A stretch of 64,000 nucleotides of DNA from Bacteroidia bacterium (GCA_026003215.1 BPGV01000001.1:1515729-1579728), one strand, 5' to 3'. Counted from the first letter of the stretch, positions 43,876 to 53,669 are shown. Notes: generated by a model not told the origin, from the letters alone. Translations and numbers: made by a program.

Positions 43876-45059
43876 ACTTCTGGCAAGCTGGCGTAGGTAG
43901 GGAGAGTGGCTTCTATGCGGTCTCCGTTAATGAGATATAGGCTGGGGAAGCGTTGGCTGAGTTCGCCGGCTTTGGCGTGGCGGAAGTAAAGGGGTTCGCC
44001 TATGCGCAGAAAAGGGGGAGGGTCATCAAAAAATACCGGCGTTTGTATCTCGCCGGCGCCCTCATGGGGGAGGAACCTCATCGTGGGGGGGAGCCAGGGG
44101 CGGGGCAGCTTGTCCGGTCCGGCGGCACCCGAGGCAATATATCCCCCGCCGTGACAAGTAAAAATGTTAGGAGTAGGGCGGCGTACAATTTCTACGCTAA
44201 AGCCCGCCGCAGGTACAAAAGTCACTTCCTGGTAGTGGTCAAATAAAGCGGGCGCAAAAAAAGCTGAGCCGGCCGTCACCTCCGTAACCGTAGGGTCTTG
44301 GCTGGTAGCAAGTAAGCTGCCTGTCCCACCGCCATTCACAAACTCAAGGGTAAACCCTACTGAATGCAAAGACTCTACAGCTCTTTGTCGCCTTTCCTGT
44401 ACTTCTTTCCAGGATTTCCTTTTTAGGAAAGGGAGGAGGAAGCTTTTCCAGCCTATGTCTTTGTCGCCTACGCCGGCAATTTGGGCCTCATAGGCCATGA
44501 GGCCTACCACTTCTATGCGGTCCAGGCGGCGTAGTGCTTGTGCTAAGGTAAGTAGGGCTTCTTCAGAATGCAACGGCGAGCGCCTCACTCCGAAGTACAG
44601 CCAGCCCCAATCGGAGGAGACATCTATCTCTATGCACACGCGGGCACGATGGGCGCTGCCCCGGAAAGCGTAATGGAGGGCTTCGGCGTGCTCCACGCAA
44701 TCAATCATGGCGACGGCGTTTTTGCCTTCTTTTACGAGGGTGCGAAACGCTTCTTGTTCTGCGGGTTGAAAGAAAGGATACCCTATCACGAAGTTATCTA
44801 AGCCTTGGCGGGCTAAGTAGAGGGCTTCGCGCGCGCTCATGCATAAAAAACCGTTGAAACGCGTATCCAGTTCTATGAGATGCCTAAGTAGGGGGGTACA
44901 TCGGAGAGACTTGGTGGCGATACGCACAGGAAGTCGCCCCGCATAAGAGAGCACGCGTCGGGCGTTTTCTTCAAAGGCTTGTTTATCTACCAGCGCTAAG
45001 GGGCGCGGTTTGTCTCGCAAGGCCGTGGTAAAACGAAAGTACGTCTCCTCCCAGGACAT
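43866..45059 (-). CDS. fold-type III (alanine-racemase-like) PLP enzyme, putative amino-acid deaminase/aldolase/racemase
   Basis: Alanine racemase N-terminal-domain layout with the candidate PLP lysine in VRIATKSLRC. The ATG at 45059 is preferred because the TTG at 45068 is part of a TACCTTTG box. Confidence 0.55.
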   Translation of the reverse strand: MSWEETYFRFTTALRDKPRPLALVDKQAFEENARRVLSYAGRLPVRIATKSLRCTPLLRHLIELDTRFNGFLCMSAREALYLARQGLDNFVIGYPFFQPAEQEAFRTLVKEGKNAVAMIDCVEHAEALHYAFRGSAHRARVCIEIDVSSDWGWLYFGVRRSPLHSEEALLTLAQALRRLDRIEVVGLMAYEAQIAGVGDKDIGWKSFLLPFLKRKSWKEVQERRQRAVESLHSVGFTLEFVNGGGTGSLLATSQDPTVTEVTAGSAFFAPALFDHYQEVTFVPAAGFSVEIVRRPTPNIFTCHGGGYIASGAAGPDKLPRPWLPPTMRFLPHEGAGEIQTPVFFDDPPPFLRIGEPLYFRHAKAGELSQRFPSLYLINGDRIEATLPTYASLPEVWA

Positions 45060-45065
45060 ACCCCT

Positions 45066-45073
45066 CAAAGGTA
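45066..45073 (-). promoter_or_regulatory. putative -7 box TACCTTTG, 6 nt upstream of the ATG at 45059
   Basis: Minus strand reads TACCTTTG-AGGGGT-ATG. Confidence 0.45.
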
Positions 45074-45084
45074 AGAGAGCGGCG

Positions 45085-46218
45085 TTAGGCAGCTACTTCG
45101 GAGAGGGCTTGCCATATCGTCTGGACGCAAGCCTCCCAACTGAAGCGGCGCACATGGGCTAACCCTTTTTGGATGCGGGCTTGACGTTGGGCTTCGGGTT
45201 CGGTCAGGGCTTCGTAGAGGGCCCGAGCAATATCCGCGGGGTCGTAGGGGTTGGCATAAAAGGCCGCTTCTCCGCCTACCTCGGGTAGGGAACTTACGGA
45301 GCTGGTGACCACAGGCACCCCACAGGCTAACGCTTCCGCTACGGGAGACCCAAACCCCTCGTATAGGGAAGGGTATACCACAGCTGCCGCAGCCCCATAT
45401 AAGGAGACCAGCGCTTCATCGGGTAGCCGAGAGAGAAAGATTACCTCTTCTTTGTGGCGCATGTGCTGGTAAGCTTCGTAGAAGCTGCCCTTGCCAAACA
45501 TAAATCTCCCTACAATCACTAAACGCAAGGGTTCTGTATACCGGGCACGCAGGAGGTCGTATGCTTGTAAAAGGCGGAGGGGATTTTTACGGGGATGCAG
45601 GCTTCCTACGTAGAGCAGGTAAGGGCAGCCTTGGGTATAGCGGGTGCGGATAGCGGGTTGCACTTCTGGCGAGAGCGGCTGAAATCGTTCTACATCGCAG
45701 CCACTGTAAGCCAAGCGCATTTTCTCCGGGGATACACCAAAGAGCTCTTGAAGGTCTTGTTGCACAGAGCGGCTATTTACTATTAGGAGGGAGGCATAGC
45801 GGACGGTATTCCGGGTGGTGCGCATGTAGTAGGTATACCAGCTGCGGGGGAGGTGCTCAGGGTAACGCGCAAAAGCCACATCGTGGATAAAGGCTACGAT
45901 GGGGACCTTCCGGGCTGCGGCGGGCGAGAGCTGACCATAGGTAGCAAAGAGTGCTTGGGGACGATACCGATGGAGGTAGAGCGGCACCGAGAAGCGCCAC
46001 CAGAGCTCATAGAGGGACCAGTGGCGGGTCTGAGGGGGGAGGATGCGCGACGCTTGATTCGGCCCAAAATGATACTGGGGTAAGGGCTTCCTATCAAAAA
46101 GCAGGTCAAACTGGGTCTCTGGATAGGCTTGGATGAGCCTTCGGGCTACCTCGCGTGTAAAGCGCCCGAATCCCTCCAAATGCGGTAAAAGAAAACGACT
46201 ATCTATGGCGATGCGCAT
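45085..46218 (-). CDS. glycosyltransferase family 4 (GT-B)
   Basis: Contains the EX7E-type motif region PSLYEGFGSPVAEALACGVPVVTSSVSSLPEVGG. Confidence 0.8.
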   Translation of the reverse strand: MRIAIDSRFLLPHLEGFGRFTREVARRLIQAYPETQFDLLFDRKPLPQYHFGPNQASRILPPQTRHWSLYELWWRFSVPLYLHRYRPQALFATYGQLSPAAARKVPIVAFIHDVAFARYPEHLPRSWYTYYMRTTRNTVRYASLLIVNSRSVQQDLQELFGVSPEKMRLAYSGCDVERFQPLSPEVQPAIRTRYTQGCPYLLYVGSLHPRKNPLRLLQAYDLLRARYTEPLRLVIVGRFMFGKGSFYEAYQHMRHKEEVIFLSRLPDEALVSLYGAAAAVVYPSLYEGFGSPVAEALACGVPVVTSSVSSLPEVGGEAAFYANPYDPADIARALYEALTEPEAQRQARIQKGLAHVRRFSWEACVQTIWQALSEVAA

Positions 46219-47620
46219 AACGCCAAAGAGGATAGATTTGGGTTATCCAAGCACAGAGGGCCAAAAATACCGGCGCCAAAACCAACCGGACACTGGTGGG
46301 TACGGGGAGGTAAGAGAAGGCAAGCATACCGCCTTCATAGATGAGGGCTAGTGCAGCCAAGCGGAAAAGCACAGAAAGAGGTACAGGAATCGGTGCTACC
46401 TTGTGAAAGGCCCAAACATAGCCTACGCCATATACGGCATAACTTATACCCAGCGCTATAGCTGCTCCTACTTCTGCCCAGAGCGGCAGGAGGAACGCGC
46501 AAGTGAGGATATTGGCTGTCACGGCTAAAAGCATCAGCCGCAGCGCTATCCATTCATACCCCACGGCCGTGAGGTAGGTACTGTAAATGATAAATAGGCC
46601 ATTGAGGGTAAGGGGTAAGGCCATGGTCTGCAAAGTAGCGCTCATGGTGGCCAGCTCTTCGGGGGTACTGCGGGAAAAGAGAAAAAGAAACAAGCGCGGT
46701 TCGGCTAAGAAAACGCCAGCTATCCCTATGAGGGGCAGGGCTGCCACTAAGTGGCCCCATACGAAGGTGCGCCACAGCTCGGGGCTTTTTTCTCGGCCTA
46801 AGTGCGCAAACCGCGCAAAGAAAAGCGGCATTACAATCCATAAGTACATCATAGCTGCGGAGAGCCAGCGGTAGGCACCCCAGTATAGCCCATTTTCATA
46901 GGCACCTATCCAGCGTTCTAAGAGGATTTGATTGATGCGCTCATTTATAGCGCTGACGTATCCCATCAGGGCAAAAGGGGTCATTTGGCGGAAAGCTTCC
47001 CACAACAGTGTAAGCCGTGGCTGCCACGAGACAGGTCCATATCGCAGCCGTACCCATACCCCTGCAGTGCTGGCCGATAGCACGCCGCTCAAAACAAGGA
47101 GCCCTACATACCTATCTGCTGTGAGGCCTTCCCAAAAAAGAACTAAGAAAAGGAGTAGGATCCCTTTTTCCAGGGCAGAAAAAAACGCATCTATCCGAAA
47201 GCTTTGTGTACCTTGAAAGTAGGCTCGAAAAAACTGTAAATAGCTGAGGCTTATTTGGTAAAGGAGGAGGAGGAGGAGCCATACAAAAGCTGGGGCCTGC
47301 TGATAACCTATGAGCCATCCCAACCCTGTAAAAAGTACAAACGCTGTAAGGGAGAGCCCTAGCTTAAGGGTGAGGGTGGTAGCGCTGAGGGTGCTATACT
47401 GGTCGGGCAATCGGGCCATCTCGCGGGTGACCAGCGCGTAAAGGCCCCAATCGGCGATAGCGGTGGCCCATTGCCCCAGCCCTAAGAGGGCGCCAATCAG
47501 TCCATAGGCCTCGTGGCCAATCTGATTTTGAATAAGGTTATCGGCTAAAAGCCAAGCTGGTTTAGAGAGGAGATTGGCTATGAGCGTAATCAGTAGGTCT
47601 CTTTGAAAAGTGCGGCTCAC
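46199..47620 (-). CDS. MOP-superfamily oligosaccharide flippase (Wzx-like)
   Basis: 473 aa, polytopic. GTG start; it overlaps the downstream GT4 gene by 20 nt. Confidence 0.6.
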   Translation of the reverse strand: MSRTFQRDLLITLIANLLSKPAWLLADNLIQNQIGHEAYGLIGALLGLGQWATAIADWGLYALVTREMARLPDQYSTLSATTLTLKLGLSLTAFVLFTGLGWLIGYQQAPAFVWLLLLLLYQISLSYLQFFRAYFQGTQSFRIDAFFSALEKGILLLFLVLFWEGLTADRYVGLLVLSGVLSASTAGVWVRLRYGPVSWQPRLTLLWEAFRQMTPFALMGYVSAINERINQILLERWIGAYENGLYWGAYRWLSAAMMYLWIVMPLFFARFAHLGREKSPELWRTFVWGHLVAALPLIGIAGVFLAEPRLFLFLFSRSTPEELATMSATLQTMALPLTLNGLFIIYSTYLTAVGYEWIALRLMLLAVTANILTCAFLLPLWAEVGAAIALGISYAVYGVGYVWAFHKVAPIPVPLSVLFRLAALALIYEGGMLAFSYLPVPTSVRLVLAPVFLALCAWITQIYPLWRYAHRHR

Positions 47621-47633
47621 AGACGGGTGGAGG

Positions 47634-48395
47634 CTATATGGGCTGAACGGGAGGGTACCCGTTCCTGAGGAGGTTTTGGAGCGCCGCTATGAGGCTTTCA
47701 CCTACAGCGATGGGGCCGAAGTGCTTCAAAAGGATTTGGGTGCGTTCCCAAACATAACGCCGCAAGCGACGGGCCGAGACCCCTCCCGCTAAATACCGAA
47801 TAAGTATTTGGCGACTATCGTAGGGGTGTTTGGCTTGCTTTAGTACCCGTATAGCCCAATCTAAGTCCGCCGCTAAGGGAAACTCCAAGGTGTATAAAGG
47901 GGCTATTTCCCTTCGCACGAAGAGGGCTTGGTGGCATATAGCCATTCCCGTGCGAAAGTGCTTTGCGGTGAGCGTGTGGTGGGGGTAAGGGCGGGGACGA
48001 CGCCGAGGGAGCAGGGCCCCATCTTCTGACACATACACATGGTCGCCATACAGCACATCGGCTTCTGGTGGGGCATGGACGAAAAGCTTCTCCAAAGTGT
48101 CTGGCCCGAAAAAAGCATCCCCTGCGTTCAGAAAAACCACATATTTGCCGGTGGCCATCTGAAGGGCTTTGTTCATGGCGTCATAGATGCCGTGGTCTTT
48201 TTCACTAATCCAGCGCACGGGCACCCCTTTTTCTGCGTAAGCTTGTATGAGGGAGAGCGTTTTATCCGTAGAGCGCCCATCCACGAAGATGTGCTCCCAA
48301 TCACGCCAGGTTTGAGCCGCGGTGCTTTGGAGGGTGAGGGGGAGGGTCTTTTCGGCCTGGAAAGTTACTGTGAGAATGGACAGAGTAGGCGCCAT
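47634..48395 (-). CDS. glycosyltransferase family 2
   Basis: Contains LSILTVTFQAEKTLPLTLQS...IFVDGRSTD and the DxD-like FLNAGD. Confidence 0.8.
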   Translation of the reverse strand: MAPTLSILTVTFQAEKTLPLTLQSTAAQTWRDWEHIFVDGRSTDKTLSLIQAYAEKGVPVRWISEKDHGIYDAMNKALQMATGKYVVFLNAGDAFFGPDTLEKLFVHAPPEADVLYGDHVYVSEDGALLPRRRPRPYPHHTLTAKHFRTGMAICHQALFVRREIAPLYTLEFPLAADLDWAIRVLKQAKHPYDSRQILIRYLAGGVSARRLRRYVWERTQILLKHFGPIAVGESLIAALQNLLRNGYPPVQPI

Positions 48396-48398
48396 AGC

Positions 48399-48914
48399 CT
48401 ATGAACTCTTAGCAGAAGGGGCACTTACTGGCCCGCCGCCTGGATAAAGGCCATAAATATCGCGTATAATGTGCGGGGGGAGCAATCCTTCCAAATGCCC
48501 ATGAAATCGGATGACCTCACGCACTAAGGTGGAGGAAACAAAAGAAGTTTCCGGGCTACTCAGCAGGTAAAAGGTTTCTATCTCGGCATCCAGGTATTTA
48601 TTGAGGAGGTCAATATTGCGTTCGTACTCATAGTCAGGAGCCGAGCGAAGTCCCCGCAGGATGAAGCGAGCCTCTACTTCTCGGGCAAAGTGCACGGTCA
48701 AGCCGGTGTACAGGTGCACCTTTATGCGGGGTTCATCTTTGAAAGCTTCTTCTATCCAGCGCTGGCGCTGGTCGGGGCTAAACATGGCCTGCTTAGCGGT
48801 GTTGAGTCCTATGCCTATAATGATTTCGTCAAAAAGGAGGAGACCTCGGCGTACGATTTCAATATGGCCGTTGGTGATGGGGTCAAAGCTACCGGGAAAG
48901 AGAGCCCGCTTCAC
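48399..48914 (-). CDS. coaD: phosphopantetheine adenylyltransferase
   Basis: Contains ALFPGSFDPITNGHIEIVRR and SSTLVREV. GTG start. Confidence 0.9.
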   Translation of the reverse strand: MKRALFPGSFDPITNGHIEIVRRGLLLFDEIIIGIGLNTAKQAMFSPDQRQRWIEEAFKDEPRIKVHLYTGLTVHFAREVEARFILRGLRSAPDYEYERNIDLLNKYLDAEIETFYLLSSPETSFVSSTLVREVIRFHGHLEGLLPPHIIRDIYGLYPGGGPVSAPSAKSS

Positions 48915-48923
48915 GCGGCGAAG

Positions 48924-51560
48924 TTAGCGAAACTGGTCGCGGTTTTGCGCAAAGAAAGCTGCATAGTCATGCATGCGCTTCTGCGTAAAAGCCACCCGGA
49001 AGTTGGCTTGAGAGATAGGGAAAAAGTCTTGGGGATACTGTACCCCCAGATCTTTGTACCACGGCTCGTTGGCAATAGCTTGGATATAAGCTTCCGCACT
49101 TCGGTAATCTGAAAACTGGGCTACATAGGCTAAATGGTGGGTATTATTATAGAGGAATACAACGAGGTTGAGCCTTTGGTCCCCAAAGTACCGTTCGTGG
49201 GTACGGGCCAAGTGCTGTTTGAGCGTTTCGTTGGTGATTTTGTCTTTGGGCACCAGCAGGACGACCAAGATGGGCTCGCCGCTGCGCAGCTGTGTGGAAA
49301 AGCCAGTGGTATTGAGAGAAGAAGGGGAGGAGATGGGTGGGGTAGGGCCCGCAGAAGCCAACTGGGGGGAAGGACGCGATTCCTCCACAAACTGGGTTTG
49401 CCCTTTTTCCAGTCGCTGAAGAAGCTTTCGGGCCATGGGTGTGCAGGGGGCTTGGGGATGCTTTTGTACGAGTTCTCGGAGCGGGGGTAGCGCCTTGGAC
49501 GCCTCGCCTAAATGGGTATAAGCTGCCCCTATTAGGTACAATATCGCTGGCTCCGAGGGTGTGCCTTTCCATTTATCTTGGGTAACCTCTGCAAAAGCCA
49601 CGACGGTGAGATACTCTTCTTTCTGATAACTCTCCAACAACGCTTGGTGGATATCCACGGTAGGGGAGATGTCTTGCGAAATCTTACCGCCAGCGAGAAG
49701 CAGGCGGGCATAGTCAGAGTGGGGATATTTTTGGAGCAGTTCTTGTTTGTAGGCCTCACCTTCTGGGGTGCCGCTGGTCAGAACATATAAGCCGTAGAGG
49801 GCGGGCACCTGAGCTTCGCTGCGATGGGGTAGGCGTTTGCGTAACCAGAGATAGAGGGCCTTAGCGGAGTCAGGCCGATGGAAGGCTTCTACATACAACT
49901 GGGCCAAAGGAAGCCCTGCCCCGATGAGGGTATCTTCCATGGCTTTTTTCTGGGCTGCTGAGCGCGGTATGATGGCCAAGAGCTGTTTTTTGAGCCTTTC
50001 TACTCGTTGAGGAGTCAAGTCCGCCATGTTATCGGGCCATTCTATGCTGAGACTATCAGCGGTTTTCTCTTTTGGGGCGGTTTCTGTGCGAGTAGGGGTC
50101 GGGAGGCTGGCTTTATTTTTCCGGCGCCAGTGGTCCTCGTCGGGGCGGTCACCCCACAGCCGAGCGAACTCTTGCCGGCCATTGGAAACCTGGACAGGAT
50201 TGTCAAAGTAGAACCCTCCCCCCCGACTGCCCATCATGCCTTGTTGCAGGAAAGGGTTTGGCGGGGTGGTGCCAGGGGAAGCTGTGGCTTGAGCTTGGCG
50301 GGCTTTTTCAGCGGCTCTGCGCGTGACCTCTGCTTGAATATACGCTTCTATCACGCGCTCCTGCGCCTCCGGAGAAAGCTCAGCCAAAGTAAGCAAGCTA
50401 TCGGCCCGATGGATTTGCTCTTTGAGCAGCGCATATTCCTTGAAGCGGGCCTGCAGCGCTTTAATTTCGGCTGCTTTGGGATGCTTTTCAGGTATAAGAG
50501 TGGCAGCAGTATCGTAATGTTTCTGTGCAGCCGCTAAATCTTGAAACTTTTCAAAGTATAGCGTGGCCACCTCGTAATGCGCCAAGGCCCGAGCGGGAGA
50601 TTGCCCGCTGCTCCCGGCTTTTTTGTAGGCATGTAGGGCAGCTTCGTATTGGCCTTTTTCGGCATAGAGCTGACCGATACGGTAATAAATCTGGTCCTTG
50701 TAGTCTTCGTAGCGGGCGCTTTGGGCCATTTTCTCCAGCCGGCGGATGAGGCGTGGGTCTTTAGCCCCCCGCAAAAGGCTGAGTTGCAGCTGCGACTGGA
50801 AAGTTAAACCGTTAGTGGCATTCAGGCGGAAGGCCTTTTGGAAGGCAGCTTCAGCTAAAGCCGGCTTGTTTTCGTGTAAGTAAAGCTGGCCTAAAAGGTA
50901 ATAGGCTCGGGCGCGACGCAGGCGAGTATCCAGGTTTTTAACGCTTCGGGCCAAAAAGGGCGTAGCCAGCTCAGGCTGCCCCTTAGCCACAAGTGCCTGA
51001 GCTAAGAGCGCTTCCAGCTGTGCTTTGTGACGTTTGAGCTGCTTAGGGGGGAGGGAAAGGGCCTCAGTGAGGCGGCTCTCAGCCCGGTAGGGATTTTCTT
51101 CTTGTAGGGAAGCATACGCCTGCCACCAATACACTTTTGCCCGTAAGGGGGTGTTGGGAAAGGCGTTCAATACATAACTGAAGTTCTGGTCCGCACTGGG
51201 GATATTGCTGCGGAGTACCCAACACTGCCCAATAAGCGTACGGCAGTCATCTACGTACTTGCCATTTTTGTGGCGGAAGATAATGACTTCACATTTTTTG
51301 GTTGCTTCCTCCAAGCGGGTATATTGCGAGCGGGCATAGGTGGGGTCTATGAGGGGATATATGCGGATAAACCCTTCGGTGGGGTCTGGGGTAGTCCGTT
51401 CTATTTCATGTTGGGCTATGCGGAAGCGCTGTTCAGCGTGGTAGTACCCGTTAAAATAGGAGACAAAAGTATGCCAAGTGCGCGAGAGGGCATTATTGCG
51501 TTCTGCACTACATCCCCACGATAGAAGAAGCACGCTTAAGAGGCCTATGGCGCTACGCAT
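48924..51560 (-). CDS. large TPR lipoprotein, SprE/PorW-like (T9SS/gliding associated)
   Basis: Lipobox LLLSWGC is followed by NNALSRTWHTFVSYFNGYYHA, which resembles the post-lipobox motif I recall from SprE. It has many TPR repeats. The length is about 879 aa after trimming the stop-free upstream extension to the ATG at 51560. Confidence 0.5.
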   Translation of the reverse strand: MRSAIGLLSVLLLSWGCSAERNNALSRTWHTFVSYFNGYYHAEQRFRIAQHEIERTTPDPTEGFIRIYPLIDPTYARSQYTRLEEATKKCEVIIFRHKNGKYVDDCRTLIGQCWVLRSNIPSADQNFSYVLNAFPNTPLRAKVYWWQAYASLQEENPYRAESRLTEALSLPPKQLKRHKAQLEALLAQALVAKGQPELATPFLARSVKNLDTRLRRARAYYLLGQLYLHENKPALAEAAFQKAFRLNATNGLTFQSQLQLSLLRGAKDPRLIRRLEKMAQSARYEDYKDQIYYRIGQLYAEKGQYEAALHAYKKAGSSGQSPARALAHYEVATLYFEKFQDLAAAQKHYDTAATLIPEKHPKAAEIKALQARFKEYALLKEQIHRADSLLTLAELSPEAQERVIEAYIQAEVTRRAAEKARQAQATASPGTTPPNPFLQQGMMGSRGGGFYFDNPVQVSNGRQEFARLWGDRPDEDHWRRKNKASLPTPTRTETAPKEKTADSLSIEWPDNMADLTPQRVERLKKQLLAIIPRSAAQKKAMEDTLIGAGLPLAQLYVEAFHRPDSAKALYLWLRKRLPHRSEAQVPALYGLYVLTSGTPEGEAYKQELLQKYPHSDYARLLLAGGKISQDISPTVDIHQALLESYQKEEYLTVVAFAEVTQDKWKGTPSEPAILYLIGAAYTHLGEASKALPPLRELVQKHPQAPCTPMARKLLQRLEKGQTQFVEESRPSPQLASAGPTPPISSPSSLNTTGFSTQLRSGEPILVVLLVPKDKITNETLKQHLARTHERYFGDQRLNLVVFLYNNTHHLAYVAQFSDYRSAEAYIQAIANEPWYKDLGVQYPQDFFPISQANFRVAFTQKRMHDYAAFFAQNRDQFR

Positions 51561-51579
51561 GGAGAGAGAAGCGTATATC

Positions 51580-51587
51580 CAAAGGTA
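51580..51587 (-). promoter_or_regulatory. putative -7 box TACCTTTG upstream of the SprE-like gene (19-nt spacer)
   Basis: Exact TAnnTTTG on the minus strand. Confidence 0.45.
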
Positions 51588-51629
51588 GGTTTTTTTCTTG
51601 GTTTCTCCGTGGGGGTGTTGGCGGATGCG

Positions 51630-51637
51630 TAGCTTTG
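51630..51637 (+). promoter_or_regulatory. putative -7 box TAGCTTTG, 4 nt upstream of the ATG at 51642
   Basis: Sequence reads TAGCTTTG-CGGC-ATG. Confidence 0.5.
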
Positions 51638-51641
51638 CGGC

Positions 51642-52382
51642 ATGTCTTGGCATTTTTGGCGAGGGGTGTGGCAAAGTATAGTGCGGCGGTATCGCTTGCT
51701 GTGGATGGAAGAAAGTGGGACTTTTCGGTGGGAAGTGCGGCTGCCGGGCTGGGGCTGGGGTCTCATCCTGCTTGTGATTGGGGGGATTATGTGGGTATTT
51801 TTTGCTTATACGCCCCTGCGTCATACGATACCGGGGTATCCTACCCAGCGTTTTTATAAAGCTTATCGGGAACTTTTGGAGAGGACGCAGCAGGTAGAGC
51901 GCCGGGTGCAACAGCACCTCCTGCTTATTGAGGATTTGCGGAAGCTTCAGGCCAGTATGCGCAGTGAGCCGTCCGGCGGAAGCTTGCCCTTAGTGCCCAC
52001 CCTCCAATCAGGCCAGTATGTGCTTCCTGTGGAGGGACAAGTAGTACGGCGCATGCAGGCTTCGCAAGCGCACTGGGGTGTAGATATTGCCTGCGAAGCC
52101 GGGGTACCTGTGCTTGCTATGGCAGAAGGCACCATTATCTTTGCCGAATACTCCTATCAGACGGGCTATGTAATCGCTCTCCAGCATCCTAATGGGCTGG
52201 TGTCCTTCTACAAGCACAATAGCCGCCTCTTGCGTGAAGTAGGGGAAAAGGTACAAGCGGGGGATGTGATTGCCCTGGCTGGAGGATTAGGCGTCTACTC
52301 TACGGGTCCGCATTTACATATAGAAACTTGGCTGGGAGGGCTGCCAGTGGACCCCTTAAAGCTCCTCGCCTACGAACGATAA
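51642..52382 (+). CDS. M23-family peptidoglycan metalloendopeptidase
   Basis: Has an N-terminal TM helix. Contains HWGVDIA, ...NGLVSFYKHNS and GPHLHIE (HxxxD / HxH motifs). Confidence 0.8.
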   Translation: MSWHFWRGVWQSIVRRYRLLWMEESGTFRWEVRLPGWGWGLILLVIGGIMWVFFAYTPLRHTIPGYPTQRFYKAYRELLERTQQVERRVQQHLLLIEDLRKLQASMRSEPSGGSLPLVPTLQSGQYVLPVEGQVVRRMQASQAHWGVDIACEAGVPVLAMAEGTIIFAEYSYQTGYVIALQHPNGLVSFYKHNSRLLREVGEKVQAGDVIALAGGLGVYSTGPHLHIETWLGGLPVDPLKLLAYER

Positions 52383-52394
52383 AAGCTTTTGTCC

Positions 52395-52402
52395 TATCTT
52401 TG
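52395..52402 (+). promoter_or_regulatory. putative -7 box TATCTTTG, 7 nt upstream of tRNA-Cys
   Basis: Exact TAnnTTTG. Confidence 0.5.
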
Positions 52403-52409
52403 TGCTGCT

Positions 52410-52480
52410 GGCGACGTGGCCGAGTGGTTAGGCACGGGTCTGCAAAACCCTCTACGGGAGTTCGAATCTCCCCGTCGCCT
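52410..52480 (+). tRNA. tRNA-Cys (anticodon GCA)
   Basis: Acceptor GGCGACG/CGTCGCC, anticodon loop CTGCAAA, T arm GGGAGTTCGAATCTCCC, and discriminator U73 (a Cys identity element). CCA is not encoded. Confidence 0.9.
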
Positions 52481-52514
52481 CTAAAAGGAGGCCTTGGTTG
52501 CTCAAAACAAGTAG

Positions 52515-52522
52515 TACCTTTG
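52515..52522 (+). promoter_or_regulatory. putative -7 box TACCTTTG, 6 nt upstream of the ATG at 52529
   Basis: Sequence reads TACCTTTG-GCCGCC-ATG. This supports 52529 as the start of the efflux adaptor gene. Confidence 0.5.
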
Positions 52523-52528
52523 GCCGCC

Positions 52529-53650
52529 ATGTGGCAAAATAGCCCCGGCACGAGGAGAGTTCCTTTACTTTCCCGTGCCAAGAGAGGGCCGGGTGTGATG
52601 CTCGCCCTTCTTTTGCTTGCAGCTTGTCATAAGCATCCCGAAGGTCCTGAGTGGCCGCATTTGCCTGTTACCACCGCTTGGCGAGCAGATACAGTTACCG
52701 TGCGTGAGTACGTCTGCCAGATTAGGGCTATCCGCAATATTGAAGTTCGGGCGCTGGAGCGAGGCTACTTAGCCAAAATCTTTGTAGATGAGGGGCAGTT
52801 TGTTAAAGCCGGCCAGGTACTCTTCCAAATCCTCCCGGTAATCTACCAAGCAGAATACCAAAAAGCCTTCGCTGAGGTGCAATATGCGGAAGTAGAATAT
52901 CAAAACGCAAAAGCCTTAGCGGATAGTGGGGTGATTTCTCCTACTCAGCTGGCCCTGGTCAAGGCCAAGCTGGAAAAAGCTAAGGCTGAGTTGGCCTATA
53001 CCGAAGCGCACCTGAGCTTTACTACTATACGAGCCCCGTTTGATGGACTGGTGGGCATGTTATATGTGCGGGTGGGTTCGCTCTTAGAAGAAGGGGAGCT
53101 GCTTACGACGCTTTCAGACAATAGCCAGCTGTGGGTATATTTCAATGTGCCGGAGGCAGAATACTTGGAATATGCCCAGCGCCTGCGCCGCGATAGCGTC
53201 ATCAAGGTTCGGCTGCGCATGGCGAATGGCCAGCTTTTTCCCTACGAGGGCGCCATTACAGCGATCGAAGCAGAGTTTGACAACAAAACGGGGAATATCC
53301 CTTTTCGGGCTACCTTCCCGAATCCCGAACGGCTCCTGCGGCACGGAGAAACGGGTACTATCCTCATTCGGCAGCCTTTTCCGCAGGCCCTCATTATCCC
53401 GCAGCGGGCCACCTTTGAAGTGCTGGATAAAAAATATGTCTATGTCGTAGATGAAGAGGGCAAGGTGCATTCCCGCCTCATAGAAGTAGAAGCTGAACTC
53501 CCGCATATCTACATCGTGCGCCGAGGCCTTTCTGACAAGGACCGTATCCTCATGGATGGCTTAAACAAAGTGCGGGAAAATGATAAGATAGAAGCGGCTT
53601 TTATTCCGCCGGAGAAAGCTATTGCAGAGCTGCCTTTACATGCAGAATAG
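52529..53650 (+). CDS. RND efflux periplasmic adaptor (membrane fusion protein) lipoprotein
   Basis: Lipobox LLLLAAC with barrel-sandwich, coiled-coil and beta-barrel layout, and the motif TIRAPFDGLVG. The ORF-track N-terminal extension runs through tRNA-Cys and is rejected. Confidence 0.85.
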   Translation: MWQNSPGTRRVPLLSRAKRGPGVMLALLLLAACHKHPEGPEWPHLPVTTAWRADTVTVREYVCQIRAIRNIEVRALERGYLAKIFVDEGQFVKAGQVLFQILPVIYQAEYQKAFAEVQYAEVEYQNAKALADSGVISPTQLALVKAKLEKAKAELAYTEAHLSFTTIRAPFDGLVGMLYVRVGSLLEEGELLTTLSDNSQLWVYFNVPEAEYLEYAQRLRRDSVIKVRLRMANGQLFPYEGAITAIEAEFDNKTGNIPFRATFPNPERLLRHGETGTILIRQPFPQALIIPQRATFEVLDKKYVYVVDEEGKVHSRLIEVEAELPHIYIVRRGLSDKDRILMDGLNKVRENDKIEAAFIPPEKAIAELPLHAE

Positions 53651-53669
53651 TCCTTCTTTGTAATAAGGT

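Noticed and set aside
51561-51917. The ORF track gives the SprE-like gene a 119-codon N-terminal extension (48924-51917).
   Set aside because: The extension is proline- and histidine-rich nonsense, runs through the divergent promoter region, and overlaps the M23 gene start. A lipoprotein signal peptide begins at the ATG at 51560, 19 nt downstream of a TACCTTTG box.
52328-52528. The ORF-track start of the efflux adaptor at 52328 gives an ORF that spans tRNA-Cys.
   Set aside because: This part of the ORF reads straight through a well-formed tRNA-Cys gene. The ATG at 52529 is preceded by a -7 box and gives a normal lipoprotein signal.
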